Shown here: positions 33,892 through 42,379 of the stretch, one piece after another
Numbering within the stretch: position 1 is the first letter of the stretch
Layout of the letters: every line of letters begins with the position of its first letter
Source: a bacterium
GTDB lineage: Bacteria; Planctomycetota; Planctomycetia; Isosphaerales; Isosphaeraceae
Length of the DNA stretch: 64,000 nt
NCBI GenBank assembly: GCA_016125085.1
Contig: WGMM01000029.1
Span: 16,745 to 80,744 of the forward strand
Direction of reading: 5' to 3'
The notes under the pieces: model-generated
What the model saw: the letters and a program-made list of their open reading frames with translations, nothing else
Database searches by the model: none
What the model was told of the DNA's origin: nothing
Position numbers and translations under genes: made by a program

Positions 33892-34766
33892 GCAGGGTCG
33901 ATCGCAATTTCGAAAGCCTGGGTTCACCGATGTCGAATCACGCGAAGGCCGGGAATGAAATACCATCGGACAATACGAGCAATTCCGAACCCGAAACGCC
34001 CGACGCATCCGTGGGTGCGGATCACCCTCGAAGCGACGCGAATCCTGTTCCGCCGGAGTTTGACTGCATCGTAATCAGCGACTTGCATCTGGGCAGCGAA
34101 ATCTGCCAGGCCCAGATGCTTGAGGATTTTCTGGAATGGGCCGTTGCGAATGCCAGGATGCTCGTCATCAACGGCGACATTTTCGACGATCTCAATTTCA
34201 AGCGTCTCAAGCGTCATCATTTCAATTGCCTGCGGGTGATCCGTCGCAATACGGACCGGGCGGACCTGCGCGTGATCTGGATCCGGGGCAATCACGACGG
34301 CCCGGCCGATATCGTCAGTCACATCGTGGGTGTCGACGTGCTCGACGAATTCGAATTCGACAACGGCCAGACACGACTGCTGATCTTTCACGGCGACCAG
34401 TTCGACACCATCGTCTCGGGCCACAAGGGCATCACGGCATTCTTTTCGGCCATCTTTCGTGGCCTGAAACGCATCCTGCCCGGAGACTGGGCACGGGCCA
34501 TCCGCCGGTTTTCGAAAAGCTTTCAGCGCAATTCCGACGCAATTCGCCGCGGGGCCGTCGCCGAAGCCCGCCGCCGCGGTTGCCCGGCCGTCACCTGCGG
34601 CCACACGCATGCTTTCGAAGATGTGGTGGTCGACGGCGTACGATACATCAACACCGGCACTTGGACGACCGCCCCTCCCTGCCCTTATGTGACGATTCGC
34701 GGCCAGCGAATGGAACTGGCGTTCTGGCCGCCCGTCGAACTTCCTGTGGAACCCCTCGAAGCTTGA
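33888..34766 (+). CDS. calcineurin-like metallophosphoesterase (Lhr-associated MPE/PdeM-like)
   Basis: Motifs present: VISDLHLGSE, INGDIFDD, IRGNHDG, FHGDQFD, CGHTH. The track start overlaps the lhr stop. ATG 33930 (MSNHAKAG) is an alternative start. Confidence 0.7.
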   Translation: MSRVDRNFESLGSPMSNHAKAGNEIPSDNTSNSEPETPDASVGADHPRSDANPVPPEFDCIVISDLHLGSEICQAQMLEDFLEWAVANARMLVINGDIFDDLNFKRLKRHHFNCLRVIRRNTDRADLRVIWIRGNHDGPADIVSHIVGVDVLDEFEFDNGQTRLLIFHGDQFDTIVSGHKGITAFFSAIFRGLKRILPGDWARAIRRFSKSFQRNSDAIRRGAVAEARRRGCPAVTCGHTHAFEDVVVDGVRYINTGTWTTAPPCPYVTIRGQRMELAFWPPVELPVEPLEA

Positions 34767-34850
34767 AGTTCGGGGAGTCGAAATCAAAGAGGCCGGAGCG
34801 CGATGCCCCGGCCTCGTTCGATAGTTCGGATCCAAGTCGCCGGGCGAAAG

Positions 34851-37800
34851 TCATTCGCCGGCGGCGGCCGTCGTCGTTTCCGGTCCGGTGGCCGAAATGC
34901 GAACGGAGACTGCCGATTGCAGAATCAATTGCAACTGGCTGTCGCCGGCCGGGGCCCGGTCGGTCGCCATCGTTACCACGTTCCAGCCCTTCTTCAGCGC
35001 CAGAGGCAGCGGGTTTTCGTTCAGGCGGCCGTTGGGGCGGGTCTGCGGCGAAGCGACCTTTTTGCCGTTCAGATACAGTCGGGTCGGCCCGGAATGGCCG
35101 GAACGCAGGGCGACGGTCTGATCGACCGGCGATTCGACCCAGAACGCGGCATAAGCCCGGCCCGGGTTGGTGCCGAACTGGCCCCGGAGGTTCATCATGC
35201 CCGAACTGGCGATGTCGAGGGCGACCCAGCCGATCGTTTGCCCGTCCTGACCGACGAGCGGCTTGCGCACGTCCGGCGCAGCAAGAGAGACGCTCTTGCC
35301 GTCCTCTTCGACCGGAAGCGGGCCCACAGCCATCAGGCGGGTGACACGCGTGGCCGTCTTCAGCGATTCCTGGGCCGGCTTGTCTCGCAGGAACGCCAGC
35401 AGGTCTGCAAGTTCCTTCTGCGAAAGATCCGCGACCAGGCCGACGGGCATCAGGCTCACGTTATCCCGCTGCTGCTCTTCGATTTCGGCCACGGGCACGC
35501 GGATTTCCTGGCCCGAGGCTTCGCGCAGGACAAGCGTTTCGTTGTCCTGGCTGACCTTCACGCCCGAAAGCACGCGGCCATTGTTCAGGGCCACCTTATA
35601 GGCTTCGTAGCCTTCTTTCAGCTCTTTGGAAGGTTCCAGGATCGATTCGATCAGCTTTTCCACCGAATAACTCTGGAAGGCCCCGGTGAGTGCCGGGCCC
35701 ACATTGCCGCCGATGCTCTCCATCTTGTGGCACGTGGTGCAGCGGGCTCCGCCTTCTTTCAGAAACACGCCCATACCGGCCCAGGGATCGGCCTTGCCGA
35801 CTTCCGCCGCAAGGGCGATCCGGTCAATCGACTTGATCGATTCCTCGATTCCCTTTTCGATCCGGGCCTGAACGGCCTGGTGCTCGGGCGTGGCGAATTT
35901 CCGCAAGGCCGCGAGAACCGTCGGCGCGTCACCTGATTTCAACTTGCCTTCGACGAACAGGTTGCCCAGCCGCAGGGCCGTTTTCGGCTGCTCGCCGAGT
36001 AGCGCCAGAGCGTCGGCCCGCACTTCTTCGCTGGGGCTCGTCAGGGCCTTTTCGAGGTAAGGAATCGCACGGTCCCGGTTCGATTCGGCCAGGCCACGCA
36101 GAACCGCCACGGACCATGCCGTGTCCGTTCCCGAAGCGTCCGCCGCTTTGGCGATCAGGTCGAAGGCACCCGCACCGGTCGTCCGCAGCGCTCGCAGCAC
36201 CGCAAGTCGTTCAGCGGCGGATCGGTTGCCGTCGGCCACGCGGTCGCCCAGCTTTTCGGCCAGCTTGGGGAACCTGCTGTCGGCGGCGTATTCGGTCGCG
36301 GCGACACGCACGGCTTCATCTTCTTCGTCCAGCAACCGGGCGACCAGCTCATGAGCCGGAATGCCCGCCAGGCGCACGTTCTGAAGCGTCGCCAGCTCGA
36401 TGCGGGCGTCCAGCTCAGGATGTGCCTGCACGAACTGCACCAGCTTCACCGTGGCCACGGGGATGTTCAGCGGAATGTCCTTGAACATTCGCACGAAGAC
36501 GAGGCGATCGTCGGCCGACAGGTTCGGCAGAACGACCAGGTCGGGCAGGCGCCGGGCGGCTGGTTCCGTCCGCATGGCCGAAAACACTCCCACTGCATTG
36601 CGGCGACGGCTGTCAGAGCCCAGGCGGATCGTCTGCGCCACAACTTCCACAGCCGTTTCGCCAAGCCGTTCGATGGCACGAATGAAAGCGTCACGAGTGG
36701 CTACATCAGCCGAAGCGTTATCGTGCAGCCAGTTCAGCATCGCTTCGCCGGCCCGGGCCGGGTTGTCCGTCGCGTGCCGGCCGATCGCCAGGGCCAGTTC
36801 ACGCAAGACCTGACCATTGGTTTCGCTGGCCAGATGCTGCTCCAGATGAGGCACGAATTCAGGGCGGCTTGCCGTGGGTTCCCACGAGATTGCCTGTGCC
36901 GCCAGCCGGCGTACCTGAAATTCCGGATCGCTCCAGGCCGCTACGAGCCGGCTTTCCACTTCGCCGTTCCAGAGCTGACGAATGCCCTGAAGACCCAGGC
37001 AGCGGGCCCGCACAGGGGCCTGGCCGTCATTGAGCAGGGCCATCAGCGCGGCGCGAGACTTCTCGCCACGCTCCACCAGCTCTCGCAGGGCACGGTCGGC
37101 CTGCTGATAATCCAGGCCTCGCAGCATGCCGATCAGCTCGGCTTCTGACGCTTTCTGGACGTGCGTCCAGTCGTTGCGGGGCCGTACCGGGCGTGCCGGT
37201 TCGGTCGAAGTGCCGCCCCAGGTCAGCTTGTAGAGGCGGCCGAATTTGCCGTCGCCCCAAAGCCGTCCGGCACCGCCGGAATTCGAACGCCAGTCGAGCA
37301 CGTAGATCGCACCGTCCGGGCCGACCACGGTCTGGCACGGGCGAAACAGGTCGTCGTCGGCCGTCATCAGCGTCAGTTCCCGGCGCAGCACGTTCGCGCC
37401 GCCGGCTGGCTCCACCTCATAGGCACGCACGAGTTTGCGGAAGACGTCGGGATAGATCAGCAGGTCGCGAAACCGGTCCGGAAACGCCGTGCCGTGATAG
37501 ACGGCCAGGCCCGCCGGCGCGCCACGGCCGGTTTTGGCCACGATCGGCAGCTTGCCAGGCAGTTCGCCGTCGACGGCGCCCCGGTCGAAGTCAGGCCGGC
37601 AGCAGAACGCGCCCGGCAGCAGCCGCCAGCCGTAGTCGCCTTCTTCCACAGGATTGATCAGCCGCACGCCCTGGAATTTCGAGCCGTCTTCGTTGTCGTT
37701 GTCCACGATGAAGGCATCGAACCGGCTATTGAAAGCCAGGTCGCGATAAGGATTACGGAAGCCGAGGGCGAACAGGTTCATGCGTGTGCCGTCGGGCCGG

Positions 37801-38516
37801 CCGCGGAAAATGCCGCCACAGCGCGAGACTTCCACCCGCGAGCCATCAGCCCCGACGACGTGGTTGTCGTTATCGCCGGCGGTCAGGTAGAACCAGCCGT
37901 CGGTGCCCAGAGTCATGCCCGAAAGCCAGTGGTGGTAGAACCCGCAGAAGCCGTCGGCGATGATCGTACGCGTTTCGAAGCGGCCGTCGCCGTCTTCGTC
38001 CGACCATTTTTCCAGCCGCCCGACGCAGGTCAGGTACAGGGCACCCTTCCAGGGGAAGATCGATGAGGGCATCTCGGCACCGTCGACGACCACCTCGGAG
38101 TGTTCGTAAATGCCGTCTTTGTCACGGTCTTCGAGCCGCTTGACGATGTCCATCGTCGCCTTGCGCCGGCGAGTGATCCGCTGCGTGCCGCCTTCGGGCA
38201 GCTTGATCGTGTCGAATGTGTCGTACATCCGGTCGGCCTGGCGCCATTCGGCGACGTACAGCCGCCCCTGGTCGTCGAACGCCATGGCGGTCGGGTCGAC
38301 GATCGCCGGTTCGGCGGCCACGATCTGCACCTTGAAGCCCGGAACGGCGTAATGGCCCTTGAGCCGGGGGTCCTGATCGCCCAGCTCCACCAGGCCTTCT
38401 CGACCTTCGGCGGGGCCGACCTGGGCGATCGCGTGCGTGCTGAACAAGGTAGAAACGAGGCCGATGGCGACGACGAAGCGACGTCCGGCCACTCTGGCGA
38501 AGCGTTGGAGAATCAT
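34851..38516 (-). CDS. PVC-type membrane-bound-dehydrogenase-domain / HEAT-repeat / CxxCH heme-binding protein
   Basis: The signal-like N-terminus is MILQRFARVAGRRFVVAIGLVSTLFSTHAIAQ. It also has PGFKVQIVAAEPAIVDPTAMAFDDQGRLYVAE (TIGR02604-like) and GGARCTTCHKMESIGGNVGPALTG (TIGR02603-like heme c). The track ORF extends to GTG 38705. Confidence 0.8.
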   Translation of the reverse strand: MILQRFARVAGRRFVVAIGLVSTLFSTHAIAQVGPAEGREGLVELGDQDPRLKGHYAVPGFKVQIVAAEPAIVDPTAMAFDDQGRLYVAEWRQADRMYDTFDTIKLPEGGTQRITRRRKATMDIVKRLEDRDKDGIYEHSEVVVDGAEMPSSIFPWKGALYLTCVGRLEKWSDEDGDGRFETRTIIADGFCGFYHHWLSGMTLGTDGWFYLTAGDNDNHVVGADGSRVEVSRCGGIFRGRPDGTRMNLFALGFRNPYRDLAFNSRFDAFIVDNDNEDGSKFQGVRLINPVEEGDYGWRLLPGAFCCRPDFDRGAVDGELPGKLPIVAKTGRGAPAGLAVYHGTAFPDRFRDLLIYPDVFRKLVRAYEVEPAGGANVLRRELTLMTADDDLFRPCQTVVGPDGAIYVLDWRSNSGGAGRLWGDGKFGRLYKLTWGGTSTEPARPVRPRNDWTHVQKASEAELIGMLRGLDYQQADRALRELVERGEKSRAALMALLNDGQAPVRARCLGLQGIRQLWNGEVESRLVAAWSDPEFQVRRLAAQAISWEPTASRPEFVPHLEQHLASETNGQVLRELALAIGRHATDNPARAGEAMLNWLHDNASADVATRDAFIRAIERLGETAVEVVAQTIRLGSDSRRRNAVGVFSAMRTEPAARRLPDLVVLPNLSADDRLVFVRMFKDIPLNIPVATVKLVQFVQAHPELDARIELATLQNVRLAGIPAHELVARLLDEEDEAVRVAATEYAADSRFPKLAEKLGDRVADGNRSAAERLAVLRALRTTGAGAFDLIAKAADASGTDTAWSVAVLRGLAESNRDRAIPYLEKALTSPSEEVRADALALLGEQPKTALRLGNLFVEGKLKSGDAPTVLAALRKFATPEHQAVQARIEKGIEESIKSIDRIALAAEVGKADPWAGMGVFLKEGGARCTTCHKMESIGGNVGPALTGAFQSYSVEKLIESILEPSKELKEGYEAYKVALNNGRVLSGVKVSQDNETLVLREASGQEIRVPVAEIEEQQRDNVSLMPVGLVADLSQKELADLLAFLRDKPAQESLKTATRVTRLMAVGPLPVEEDGKSVSLAAPDVRKPLVGQDGQTIGWVALDIASSGMMNLRGQFGTNPGRAYAAFWVESPVDQTVALRSGHSGPTRLYLNGKKVASPQTRPNGRLNENPLPLALKKGWNVVTMATDRAPAGDSQLQLILQSAVSVRISATGPETTTAAAGE

Positions 38517-38701
38517 TTTTGTGACGAGTCCTCGGGCATTTCGGGCGGGGGAATCCGCAGCGGGTATCCCGTTAAAGTAATCCGCGCGTGCCGCGATCGC
38601 AAGAGAATGCTGGTCAATGCCGAACGAAAAACGGCGACTCCCGGATGGGGTCGCCGCTCGATCGATATCGCTGCGTAGCCTGGAGAGTTCGCCTCTCCGA
38701 T

Positions 38702-39268
38702 TCACTTCACCCGTTCGAGATACTCGCCGGTGCGGGTGTCGACCTTCACCTTGTCGCCTACCTTCATGAACGGCGGCACCTGGATGACCAGGCCGTTCTC
38801 GCAGGTGGCTTCCTTGTACTGGTTCGTGGCCGTGGCGCCCTTGATTTCGGGCGGAGTGTCGGTGATCACGTATTCCATCGAAGCCGGAATTTCGACCGAG
38901 ACGGCCTTGTCGTCGATGTACTTCACCATCGTCTTCGTGTTCGGCAGCAGGAAGTTCAGCGAGGTGCCGAGAATGTCCGTATTCAGCGGGAACTGGTCGT
39001 ACGTTTCCATGTCCATGAAAACGTGTTCGTCGCCCTGGCTGTAAAGGTATTGGAATTCTTTGGTTTCGACGAACGGGACTTCCAGGGTGTCAGCCGAGCG
39101 GAACCGCTTTTCGATCGTCGATCCCGACTTCAGGTTCTTGAGTTTCGTCTGCACCATCGCGCGCAGGTTGCCGGGCGTGTGATGGAGAAAGTCGACGACG
39201 ACGAAATTCACGCCTTCGATCGTAACGACCTGTCCTCGTCTGATGTCGTTGGCCTTGATCTGTGCCAT
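38702..39268 (-). CDS. efp: translation elongation factor P
   Basis: Full-length EF-P pattern: MAQIKANDIRRGQVV...TPGNLRAMVQTKLKNL...VDTRTGEYLERVK. Confidence 0.95.
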   Translation of the reverse strand: MAQIKANDIRRGQVVTIEGVNFVVVDFLHHTPGNLRAMVQTKLKNLKSGSTIEKRFRSADTLEVPFVETKEFQYLYSQGDEHVFMDMETYDQFPLNTDILGTSLNFLLPNTKTMVKYIDDKAVSVEIPASMEYVITDTPPEIKGATATNQYKEATCENGLVIQVPPFMKVGDKVKVDTRTGEYLERVK

Positions 39269-39455
39269 GGTTCCTGTCCGTCAAGGGAATCGGCGGGCAC
39301 GGCCCCGTTCTTGTGTGGCCTTGACCTTGCCGAGCGTTGTTCCATCCCCGGCCGGTTGCCGGGGCGATCTGATCCGAAGACCGATATCATAACGCGCATC
39401 GCTCGAATTCTCTACCCACAAGCCGGATCGGTCCGTTCGATCGCCGAATGGCTTC

Positions 39456-39974
39456 ATGCTTTCGCTGCGGCACCAGGGCTTCATTGAAGTTGACTTGATG
39501 GATTTTCGATCTATACTTACAGATGTGGTCGGCGATGAAATGCCACCCGGCACGTACAAGGGGCGATTCGTGAAGGCCCGGTTTTCCCGCGACATCCTGA
39601 AGAGCATCGGCCTGGCGGCCTGGTTCGCCCTGTCGAGCGTTCTATCCGTGTCCGCGCAGGATTTCTGCCGCCCGGATCATGACTGTTGCCAGGTCGAAAC
39701 CAAAACCTGCTGCACGCCCGCGATTCCCGCCCCGACGCCGCATTCGGGCCCCGATTGTACCTGCAATCACGCCGGTCCGTCGCAAACCGCCCGCCCTGCA
39801 AGCTCGGCGAGCGTACGTGCGGAACAGCGTAAAGAGCGGTCGATCTCCAGCGAGGTCTCTGAATATCCGCCTTACACGCCGAAGATCGCGAATTCGACAA
39901 GTTCCTCTTCTCCCGCGACTTCGGTTCCGGTCTCCGTACCCGTATTTCGCCTGACGTCCCGCTGGCGCTGTTGA
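39456..39974 (+). CDS. secreted Cys-rich hypothetical protein (start probably ATG 39540)
   Basis: From 39540 the translation is MPPGTYKGRFVKARFSRDILKSIGLAAWFALSSVLSVSAQ / DFCRPDHDCCQVETKTCCTPAIPAPTPHSGPDCTCNH.... The tail is Ser/Pro-rich. Confidence 0.4.
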   Translation: MLSLRHQGFIEVDLMDFRSILTDVVGDEMPPGTYKGRFVKARFSRDILKSIGLAAWFALSSVLSVSAQDFCRPDHDCCQVETKTCCTPAIPAPTPHSGPDCTCNHAGPSQTARPASSASVRAEQRKERSISSEVSEYPPYTPKIANSTSSSSPATSVPVSVPVFRLTSRWRC

Positions 39975-40196
39975 ATCGCTATTTTCCGATTTCGAAAATT
40001 CCAGGCTGAGTCATGTCGCTATGCCCTGAATCATGGGCCGCGTGAATCGTCTGGATAAGTCAAGGTGCAATTCGCTCCGGCCACTTTCGATATGTCGTCG
40101 AACGAATCGTCAGCCGCGCTGGCGAGCCACTGGGCCGTGCGCGAACTTTCCGAATCGATTTCGAATGGTCCGATGCAATTCGAATGCATCGACATG

Positions 40197-40202
40197 AAGG
40201 AG
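40197..40202 (+). promoter_or_regulatory. Shine-Dalgarno (AAGGAG) for the CDS starting at 40211
   Basis: gAAGGAGaatttgcgATG, with an 8-nt spacing. Confidence 0.5.
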
Positions 40203-40210
40203 AATTTGCG

Positions 40211-40630
40211 ATGAGTATGATCGAAACACGTCGTCGGATGATGTTCGGCGTTCTGAGTGCCCTGGTTTCGGGCCTCGCTTTGTCGTCCATGGCCACGGCC
40301 GCCGACACCAAAGCCGCCTGCTGCAAGGACGGCAAGTGCTGTGGTGAGAAGGCCTGCACGGGCGACTGCTGCAAGTCAGGCAAGTGCACGCACGATTGCT
40401 GCAAGAAGGCTGAAGGCGCGGCCTGCTGCAAGGACGGCAAGTGCTGTGGTGAGAAGGCCTGCACGGGCGACTGCTGCAAGTCAGGCAAGTGCACGCACGA
40501 TTGCTGCAAGAAGACCGAAGGCGCGGCCTGCTGTAAGGACGGCAAGTGCTGCGGTGAGAAGACCTGCACGGGCGACTGCTGCAAGTCGGGCAAGTGCACG
40601 CACGATTGCTGCAAGAAAAAGGCCGCCTGA
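40211..40630 (+). CDS. exported Cys-rich tandem-repeat protein (metallothionein-like)
   Basis: The signal peptide is MSMIETRRRMMFGVLSALVSGLALSSMATA, with an RR motif. It is followed by 3 x ACCKDGKCCGEKACTGDCCKSGKCTHDCCKKAEGA, giving 30 Cys in a mature part of about 109 residues. Confidence 0.75.
   Translation: MSMIETRRRMMFGVLSALVSGLALSSMATAADTKAACCKDGKCCGEKACTGDCCKSGKCTHDCCKKAEGAACCKDGKCCGEKACTGDCCKSGKCTHDCCKKTEGAACCKDGKCCGEKTCTGDCCKSGKCTHDCCKKKAA
40316..40627 (+). repeat. three tandem 105-nt (35-codon) near-identical repeats
   Basis: gcctgctgcaaggacgg recurs at 40316 and 40421, and as gcctgctgtaaggacgg at 40526. Only a handful of substitutions separate the copies. Confidence 0.9.
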
Positions 40631-40796
40631 GTCGGTCGAGATCCTGCATAGGATTCGATCGGATTCTACGGCGTCAATGAAATGACCTGGTCGGTTTCGC
40701 CTGAAAAACAGGCGAAGCCGGCCTTTCGATTTCGGGAACTTCGAAGGCTCTTGGCGAAGCCGGGAAGCAATGAGACTGCAATTCGACAGCCGGTCG

Positions 40797-41246
40797 TCAG
40801 AATTCGATCGATCCGGCATAGAACGAAGCGATCGATTCCGCGTTCGCTGAGGCGGCTGGCGGCGGCGGGGCCAGATGCCGAAATGGCCAGCGGTCGACAT
40901 TTCGTAGAATCGAATAGCCGATAAGGATCGCCAGAACCGTCCAGGCGATCCATGGGCGCCTGAAGCGGTCAGGCCTTGCGGCCATGATGACCAGGACCGG
41001 AATCGCCATGACCGCGAGCGCGTTGTATTTCAGAGCCGTACCGATTCGGCCATTGAGCAGATGATGCGATGCCCGGGTCGACCCGCAGCCGGAACAATGA
41101 AGCCCGGTGAATTGCCGGATCGGGCAGCCGGGGAAGATCCGGGATCGTTCCGGATCGTTCCGCGCCAGCACCATCGCGCCGAACAGGATGGCAAAAGCGG
41201 CCAGACCGTTTCGGGCAGACCGCTTCCACGTCATGCCGTGGTTCAT
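40797..41246 (-). CDS. DUF2752 domain membrane protein
   Basis: FPGCPIRQFTGLHCSGCGSTRASHHLLNGRIGTALKYNALAV matches the DUF2752 CP..tG..CpGCG.tRA pattern. ATG 41246 overlaps the upstream TGA (ATGA). Confidence 0.75.
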   Translation of the reverse strand: MNHGMTWKRSARNGLAAFAILFGAMVLARNDPERSRIFPGCPIRQFTGLHCSGCGSTRASHHLLNGRIGTALKYNALAVMAIPVLVIMAARPDRFRRPWIAWTVLAILIGYSILRNVDRWPFRHLAPPPPAASANAESIASFYAGSIEF

Positions 41247-41590
41247 TGCACCTTCTGGGATTCTTGCAGGAAGGCGAAAGCGATGTTCAGGAAGATGACG
41301 ATGAATCCGAGGATGAAACTGATCACGATCCATTTGAAGGCGTTATCGGACGCCTCCTGAGCCCCCTCGATATCGCCCGCCAACGCCTTGTTGTTCACCC
41401 TGGTGGCATAGACGAGTGCGACGATGCCGAACGGAACGCAGCAAAACAGGGTGACCAGAACCGCCTGGGTCATATAGTTGGGAATCGTGACGGCCGGGCC
41501 TCCCAGGCCCGAGGGCCTGATCGCTTCGCCGCAGCCCACGCAAAATTTGGCTTGATCGGAGTTCTCGTATCCGCATTTTCGACAAAACAT
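41243..41590 (-). CDS. CD225/dispanin-family membrane protein with N-terminal zinc ribbon
   Basis: MFCRKCGYENSDQAKFCVGCG is followed by NYMTQAVLVTLFCCVPFGIVALVYATRVNNKALAGDIEGAQEAS. Confidence 0.75.
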   Translation of the reverse strand: MFCRKCGYENSDQAKFCVGCGEAIRPSGLGGPAVTIPNYMTQAVLVTLFCCVPFGIVALVYATRVNNKALAGDIEGAQEASDNAFKWIVISFILGFIVIFLNIAFAFLQESQKVQ

Positions 41591-41611
41591 GGTGGAAGCC
41601 TTCTTTCTTAC

Positions 41612-42058
41612 TCAGCTGCGATTTCGGAGCAGTTCCAGAACGAGACCCAGGATGAGGAAGCCGAATAGAACCGTCCCGAACATCCCCATCACCAGACCGA
41701 AGATCGCCCGGCCCATCCCGTGCTTTTCCGGGTTTCGGCGAATGTCACGAATCGCGAGAATGCCTGTGATCAGAGCCGCGGGTGCCGGCAGCAGCAGAAT
41801 GGAGACGAGTCCGAGGTATCCGGACACGATCGCCAGCCCGGACCGGCCGACCGGCAGCAGCAGCCGCATGGCGGCGGAATCGTCACCCGTCGAAATGACA
41901 GGTCGCGCGGTATCGTGCAGGTTGTACCCGCAAGCTGTACATCGATAGTTATTCTCGAGGTTCTTGACTCCGCACTTTTCGCAATAAATCGTCGGTGCCG
42001 CTGGTTCCGGGCTGAGTATTTCGTCGCTTTCCGCCTGATCCGTGATTTCTTCGCTCAT
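41612..42058 (-). CDS. DUF4190 domain membrane protein with zinc ribbon
   Basis: YCEKCGVKN...YRCTACGYN is followed by GLAIVSGYLGLVSILLLPAPAALITGILAIRDIRRNPEKHGMGRAIFGLVMG. Confidence 0.7.
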   Translation of the reverse strand: MSEEITDQAESDEILSPEPAAPTIYCEKCGVKNLENNYRCTACGYNLHDTARPVISTGDDSAAMRLLLPVGRSGLAIVSGYLGLVSILLLPAPAALITGILAIRDIRRNPEKHGMGRAIFGLVMGMFGTVLFGFLILGLVLELLRNRS

Positions 42059-42379
42059 GTGAGATCACCTTACGAAACTGGCCAGGGTGACATGTGGAAT
42101 TGCAATCGTATTCGCTGAAGATTCCGCGCAACGGCACAAACGCATCGAACATGTGATGCTGAGGGATTTCGAACGGATTTGTTTTCGAAGCCCTCACAAG
42201 CCCGGTATTCCTCGAATTCTCGAACAGGAAGGTCGAAAATCTCTAAGGAACCGGGTCGAACGGTCTCAGAGTATCCATGCCCCGTGAACTCCACAAGAGT
42301 CCACAGAAAGATTTTTGCACGGACTTGCGTCATCGACCGATCCGCATTTTCCAAGGGCAAGATCGCAGGATCGCCTGAC

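Noticed and set aside
38517-38705. GTG 38705 (overlapping the efp stop as GTGA) as the start of the heme-binding protein.
   Set aside because: The added 63 residues are Arg/Ser-rich and precede a clear signal-peptide-like start, MILQRFARVAGRRFVVAIGLV, at ATG 38516.
40060-40685. Track ORFs 40060..40614 -, 40110..40649 - and 40257..40685 + over the CC-repeat gene.
   Set aside because: These are antisense or shifted readings that stay open only because the 105-nt repeat lacks stops. Only the 40211 frame has an SD sequence, a signal peptide and a coherent repeat.
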